A stretch of 40,950 bases of DNA, taken from a virus. Taxonomy: Duplodnaviria; Caudoviricetes. The notes beneath the pieces are model-generated. The model searched no databases. It worked only from the letters and a program-made list of their open reading frames with translations, and was not told where the DNA came from. The stretch spans positions 1-40,950 of the IMG/VR virus record IMGVR_UViG_3300008255_000222; one strand, given 5' to 3'. A program made the position numbers and the translations under genes. Shown piece by piece: positions 36,455 to 40,950 of this stretch (positions within the stretch are counted from its first letter, which is position 1; the number at the start of each line of letters is the position of its first letter).

Positions 36455-36602
36455 GTGTATTTATCCATTATGCCAAGAATCATAACAAATGCAGGGTGAA
36501 ATGCGGAATTTATTTTTAATGCGGTGTTTACCCCGTGCAGCCTATAGACTAAAGCATTGATTTTAAACAAAACATTTTTTTCTTTTTTTGTCGCTTTTTT
36601 TG

Positions 36603-36637
36603 TTGACTTAATCCCACTGCTGGTGGTATTCTATAAG
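36603..36637 (+). promoter_or_regulatory. Sigma70 promoter with internal palindrome (cassette 1)
   Basis: TTGACT-18-TATTCT with CCAC-N5-GTGG in the spacer. Confidence 0.7.
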
Positions 36638-36684
36638 TATAGAGACCGATTGGCGGTTTCGAAAACTCAAAAAGGAGTAAAACT

Positions 36685-37026
36685 ATGACACAGACAATCA
36701 CAAAATTTGACCGCAGCGATAACACTGTCAGCATCTACGCCGATTATGGGCAGGGTCGTACGCGGCTGGCAAAAATATTCAGCCTTGAAAAATTCACGCT
36801 TACTGATCTGCGCGAGTTGATTAAATGGGCGGATATGGAAGAGCAAACGAGCTGGCCTGACGACCATTATGTAATGGACGCGCTGAACGCCTTTGCGGAG
36901 GGGAATCGCCCGCACATCTGGCGCGTATCGTCAGAATCAGGCGGTGGGGCTGCCATGAATGGCGTGAAAGAGTTTCACCCAACCTTCCGCGATGCGCGGA
37001 TTGAGGCGGAATCACAATTTTGTTAA
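36685..37026 (+). CDS. Hypothetical cassette cargo protein
   Basis: AAGGAG RBS; first gene after the promoter. Confidence 0.8.
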   Translation: MTQTITKFDRSDNTVSIYADYGQGRTRLAKIFSLEKFTLTDLRELIKWADMEEQTSWPDDHYVMDALNAFAEGNRPHIWRVSSESGGGAAMNGVKEFHPTFRDARIEAESQFC

Positions 37027-37122
37027 GCGATGGCGGAGCAACTAAAGGTTTTGTCCGTACATGATGCTGGCTGGATGTATAACTAAAAAACAACTGCGGC
37101 TCGCCGCAGAAAGCTTAAAGCT

Positions 37123-37542
37123 ATGACAACCTACAACCTCTTAAAACAATCCTGCGGCCTCTCACACCGGGAGGCCGCCGCCTATCTCGACGTGCGGGAG
37201 AGCCGCTCGAAGGATTGGTCGGCAGGGCGTGTGCTCACACCGCCCGGCGTTCTGGCCGGTCTGTTTGAACTCGTCCTACGGCAGGAGGCTGCGGCAGAGG
37301 AGGCGCTGGCAGTGATCGAGGCGGCGATAGACAAGCACGGACTGCCGCAGTCAATCCCGATCGGCGTGTCGGTCGATGACCATGAGGCGCAATCTCTGGG
37401 CTGGCCATGCGTAGCTGCGCATATGGCGGTCATACGCCGCCTGATCGAGATGCTTGAGCCGGAGATCGTGCCGCTGATCGAAATCGTCCCGCGCGGCTCG
37501 ACCCCTGAAACCGCCGCCGCGGCCGATGCGCACGGAAAATAA
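37123..37542 (+). CDS. HTH protein (Aca-like position)
   Basis: SCGLSHREAAAYLDVR....KDWSAGR...PPGVL. Confidence 0.75.
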   Translation: MTTYNLLKQSCGLSHREAAAYLDVRESRSKDWSAGRVLTPPGVLAGLFELVLRQEAAAEEALAVIEAAIDKHGLPQSIPIGVSVDDHEAQSLGWPCVAAHMAVIRRLIEMLEPEIVPLIEIVPRGSTPETAAAADAHGK

Positions 37543-37700
37543 TTGCGCCCATCCCCCGCCCTTAAAACGCATCACGCCGCGCCATAATAATTTTTTAATC
37601 ACCCCGTTATGGTCAACAATCATATTGCCGCAAATAAAATCATCATTGTCGGGGGAAATTTGAAAATTCTGGATGTGGTCGAGATTCCGCTTTATTCGGT

Positions 37701-38528
37701 TTAGACAATCACAATATCACCGCGCCTTTTGTCGTAGAGCCACCACCATTTTACAATTGCGTCCGTTGTTTGTTTTTGGTCGCGCCGGGTATCATCTGCG
37801 CAGCGTTTGATACATTCGGACTCCGACGTTTCCAGCACATAGACCGCGACGGGCTTTAACTGGTCAATCCACCATTGTCTGTTTTTTGCGCTGGGTTCGG
37901 ATACGATAAACCATGCGGAGCGCCCGTCATCCTGCATGCGCGATAAGTCACCAAGCATTTCGTTTCGCCGCCATAGCGCAGCGTTCAGCCAATGCGCAGA
38001 CCAGCCATGTGACGTCTCTCCGCTTATTTCCGCGGCAATCTCGTCAAGGTCAATCACAATGTCATTTTCTTTGCGGCGCTGGTTTACCAGATAGGATTTT
38101 CCCGCGCATGGCGGGCCGCATACGATATGCAGCGGAATCTTGCTAGGCCGTAGCCAGTCAGGGCGGCGCGCCGCGTTCTGATCTGCTTTTTCCCGCGCCT
38201 GTTTGATAGAGTCGTGCCATGCCTTGGAAACGCTTTGCAAGTTGTTCTCGTCCCAAAATAGCGCGATATCGCCCCTATGCGGCTTTATGTGGTCAACAAC
38301 GGGGCTATTCGGTGCGGGATGCTTGCCAGATAGCAAAACGCCTGTTTGCCTGCATGTGAATAAATCCCGCTCCAATATCTTCAAGCGTAGATCCCGCCAT
38401 CGTTTTTGGTGATAGAGTTTGCGGAAATCATTATCGGCTTCGCGCTTTTTCAGGCGTTCCCGCTCTTTATCCGTTCTCGATGATACAGGGACGGATAAGG
38501 ATTGCATGTCTGGTTTTAACGTGTCCAT
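37701..38528 (-). CDS. Terminase-associated-type HNH endonuclease fused to a P-loop kinase/AAA domain
   Basis: RW..LR..IL.RDLFTC, VVDHIKPHRGD..LFWDE.NLQ......HD; GPPCAGKS. Confidence 0.9.
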   Translation of the reverse strand: MDTLKPDMQSLSVPVSSRTDKERERLKKREADNDFRKLYHQKRWRDLRLKILERDLFTCRQTGVLLSGKHPAPNSPVVDHIKPHRGDIALFWDENNLQSVSKAWHDSIKQAREKADQNAARRPDWLRPSKIPLHIVCGPPCAGKSYLVNQRRKENDIVIDLDEIAAEISGETSHGWSAHWLNAALWRRNEMLGDLSRMQDDGRSAWFIVSEPSAKNRQWWIDQLKPVAVYVLETSESECIKRCADDTRRDQKQTTDAIVKWWWLYDKRRGDIVIV

Positions 38529-38534
38529 GCGCCG

Positions 38535-38705
38535 CTATACCGTCATGAAAAGAGTCGACAAGGCAAGGCTCATAATGCCGCATCCAACACCGACAAAAAC
38601 CGCCATGATGATGGAAGAGGCAAGGCCTTTTTCCTCGCCCATGCAATGAAAGAACATTGTCAGGCCTCCAAGAATGCAAGCGGCGAATGTGATGCTTAAA
38701 ATCAT
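38535..38705 (-). CDS. 56-aa two-TM protein (not in ORF track)
   Basis: AAGGAG RBS; MILSITFAACILGG...STLFMTV. Confidence 0.65.
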   Translation of the reverse strand: MILSITFAACILGGLTMFFHCMGEEKGLASSIIMAVFVGVGCGIMSLALSTLFMTV

Positions 38706-38760
38706 TTTTTTTCTCCTTTAGAGTTCTGGCTTGCGCCCTTTCCGCGCGCCTTTTGTGTTT

Positions 38761-39447
38761 TTAATTTTCGTATTCGTCGCTTAGTGTTACCAGCGGCGCA
38801 AGGTCGGCCGGCAGGCGTTCAATGGCGCGGCGTAAAACAGCGTGTTGTACGTTCATATATGGGGGCAGGCCATCATATATTTTAACGCTGATTGCCGCCC
38901 CTTTCTTGATCATTGCGCGGATTCGTTTTTCTTCCTCAATTGATAGTTTATCAATCAAGTCATAGAGCGCGCGTAATTCTTGCAGGACGCCTTGCGGGCA
39001 TGTGCGGCGATCTGTCCACCAGTCCTTTCCGGTGCCATGCCGGGCGCCTGCAAATTCCGTGCCTTCGTCGCGCGTCAATCCGCAACTGCGACAAAGCAGT
39101 TTATAGGGTGAAATAATCCTTGGTTCTTGTTCCATGTCCGACTCTCCTGATCGTCTCGGTTCGCCTGCGATCTCTTCCCATTGTTTCGGGAACCCGCGCG
39201 GCCCTGTTTCGGTTTCTTCAAACATAATCTTTATGCCCTTGCTTAGCAGCTCGCCCGGCGCGCTGTATGCCTTTTGCATCACGGCACATATAACAGCGTC
39301 CGAGTCTTCCCCTTCCAATGCCTTTGTGAAGCCGTCAAGGGAAAGTTCACAATAGCGATCAGCGCCAATTTTTTCAAAGGCATTTTGAACGGCATTAACA
39401 CGCAGTCCGAAACCGGGAAGTTTTTTATAGATTGTTTCCTGTGTCAT
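38761..39447 (-). CDS. Unknown domain fused to an HTH paralogous to 37123-37542
   Basis: YKLLCRSCGLTRDE.......GKDWWTDRRTCPQGVL; internal RBS and ATG at 39135. Confidence 0.75.
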   Translation of the reverse strand: MTQETIYKKLPGFGLRVNAVQNAFEKIGADRYCELSLDGFTKALEGEDSDAVICAVMQKAYSAPGELLSKGIKIMFEETETGPRGFPKQWEEIAGEPRRSGESDMEQEPRIISPYKLLCRSCGLTRDEGTEFAGARHGTGKDWWTDRRTCPQGVLQELRALYDLIDKLSIEEEKRIRAMIKKGAAISVKIYDGLPPYMNVQHAVLRRAIERLPADLAPLVTLSDEYEN

Positions 39448-39451
39448 GTGT

Positions 39452-39640
39452 CTATGCCCCTTTAAAAGCTGATCGAATATTCCGGTTTTTTCCCCATAGC
39501 GCGCGCGGCGTTGGGTGGCGTTCCCATGATATGCGGGAAATATCAGATATATTTTGCCATGTGCGGCGCGGCGTTCCGTCATGATAGAAAGGAAAATCGC
39601 GGCGCTCTGTTTCATATGCAATTTGTCCGGGCGTTTTCAT
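39452..39640 (-). CDS. 62-aa hypothetical cargo protein
   Basis: AAGGA RBS; TPGQIAYE...P.YHDG.PR..W......SWER.PTPR. Confidence 0.7.
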   Translation of the reverse strand: MKTPGQIAYETERRDFPFYHDGTPRRTWQNISDISRISWERHPTPRALWGKNRNIRSAFKGA

Positions 39641-39699
39641 TGTATCAAGTCCTTTTCGTATAAGGGGGGAAGCCTTGCGCGCGCTCCCCTGTATTGTTG

Positions 39700-40674
39700 T
39701 TATGCTGTGGCTTTGTACTGTGCAAGCGCCGACGCTGTTAAAACGCGGTGTTCTGTGGCGCTGATAGCGTTCCGGGTTAATTGCCGTTGCCATGCCCCGA
39801 AACGCGGGGACCACCGGAAACCGTTTGATTTTAAAACGGCGCGGACTCCTTCGTCTGGCTTGCCGTCAAAAATAAGCTGCAGGCGGTCTTCTTCGTGATT
39901 GTGTACAATCTTTAGGCCGTTTAAGGCGGTTTCCTTCTCAACCTGTGGCGACTCATCTGCAAGGCGTTGCTTTGCCTCCATATCTGCGACGCGCGCGCGC
40001 ATGCGTTTGATATTCGCCAAATTGTTTGACAATTGAAAGGATGCAAAGCCAATGCGCTGTGCATAGTCCGGCTTCATGAATACTTGATAGGCTTTAGAAC
40101 CTTTTTCCTCGCCGTATGTATCGACAAAGAGCGCGCGCAAGCCGTCAAAGTCTTTTTTTCGTGCGAGAGCATTAGCAGCTTTCATAAAGTCTTGTGCTGA
40201 TTCAGCGCCTGCAAGATCCCGTCGCATTTTGTCCAGTGCCGACTCTGCCTTTTCCGCTTTGCTGTAAACATTGGCAAGGCTTTTAAGGGCGTATCCGCGC
40301 ATTTTTTTATTGAAGTCTATCAGTTCAACGCATCTTTTATGCTCTGCCTCATTTGCTTTTTCTGCCCGCCTTACTGGAAAGTTAGAAGGGCCGGCGATCA
40401 TAGAAGAGATGCAGCGCGATTTTGCAGCGATCCATGCTAGATATTTTTTCTTGTAGGATTCGCGCAAGCGGTCAAAAACGTCCTGCATAATTTCCTGCTG
40501 TCTTCCGTCCTTGGCGTTCTCTTCAATAAATGCCGCAAGGCTTTTCATGCTTTCAATATATTCGGCGATCATAGAGTCGCCGCGTTTTTCCGGGGAAAAA
40601 CTTGTGCCATTATGCGCGCGGCGCGCGGTTTCTCTGTCAATGTCTTTTTCTATTCCTGTGGTTTTGATATTCAT
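39700..40674 (-). CDS. Polyvalent-protein/leading-region-type domain protein
   Basis: SMIAGPSNFPVRR, LSNN.ANIKR, RLQLIFDGKP...R..LKSNGFRWSP..GAWQRQ motifs, which I recall from plasmid and phage polyvalent proteins. Confidence 0.6.
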   Translation of the reverse strand: MNIKTTGIEKDIDRETARRAHNGTSFSPEKRGDSMIAEYIESMKSLAAFIEENAKDGRQQEIMQDVFDRLRESYKKKYLAWIAAKSRCISSMIAGPSNFPVRRAEKANEAEHKRCVELIDFNKKMRGYALKSLANVYSKAEKAESALDKMRRDLAGAESAQDFMKAANALARKKDFDGLRALFVDTYGEEKGSKAYQVFMKPDYAQRIGFASFQLSNNLANIKRMRARVADMEAKQRLADESPQVEKETALNGLKIVHNHEEDRLQLIFDGKPDEGVRAVLKSNGFRWSPRFGAWQRQLTRNAISATEHRVLTASALAQYKATA

Positions 40675-40728
40675 TTTATTTTCTCCGTTTTGGGTTCTGG
40701 CGATTCGCGGCCTTTCCGCTTGCCTTGC

Positions 40729-40761
40729 CCTTATAATGCCACCATAAAGGCGGCAAGTCAA
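40729..40761 (-). promoter_or_regulatory. Sigma70 promoter with internal palindrome (cassette 2)
   Basis: TTGACT-17-CATTAT with TGCCGCC-N5-GGTGGCA palindrome. Confidence 0.7.
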
Positions 40762-40908
40762 GCAAATAATGCAAATTAATGTGATTTTATTTGCAGTCAT
40801 GCGGCGCAAGCATGAGTCCTTATGATTCACCTGTCACCCTTTGCCGTATTCATAGCCGGCGCGCCGGCGCTTGCCTGCATCTTGCCGCGTATCCGCACGA
40901 CCATCTAG

Positions 40909-40950
40909 GCAGGGGGGGGGCAAATCTTCCCGGCTTTTCGATCCGCCAAC
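40909..40950 (+). other. cos-proximal right end
   Basis: G run then CAAATCT; joins to CTCATTCGGA plus A/T tract at position 1, upstream of terS. Confidence 0.6.

Larger units (their letters stand above)
1..40950. mobile_element. Temperate siphophage genome in excised/virion form
   Basis: Full head, tail, lysis, integration, immunity and replication gene set; intact attP next to int; ends resemble a cos junction. Confidence 0.95.

Overview
The window looks like a complete or near-complete ~41 kb temperate siphophage genome, linearised at a cos-like site. The host is probably an Alphaproteobacterium (GapR homologue, DUF1376-type initiator, GTA-like tail genes). Order: terS, terL, HK97-type portal, ClpP-type protease, capsid, head-tail and tail genes (with a -1 frameshifted chaperone), lysis genes, intact attP (3' half of tRNA-Arg UCU), int and xis. 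These are followed by a leftward early operon, a cI/cro switch with five 15-bp operators, and a rightward operon (RusA-like, methyltransferase, replication initiator, Q-position regulator). Two regions stand out. (1) The early operon carries an atypical initiator-like tRNA-Met surrounded by CCA-ending, anticodon-less tRNA-like units, one of which is duplicated 1.8 kb away. (2) The right end is rearranged: two paralogous promoter-cargo-HTH cassettes of acr-aca-like architecture, a reversed HNH block bounded by an inverted repeat, and a relic of a second (pac-type) terminase module. All family assignments come from motif recognition by eye; no searches were run.
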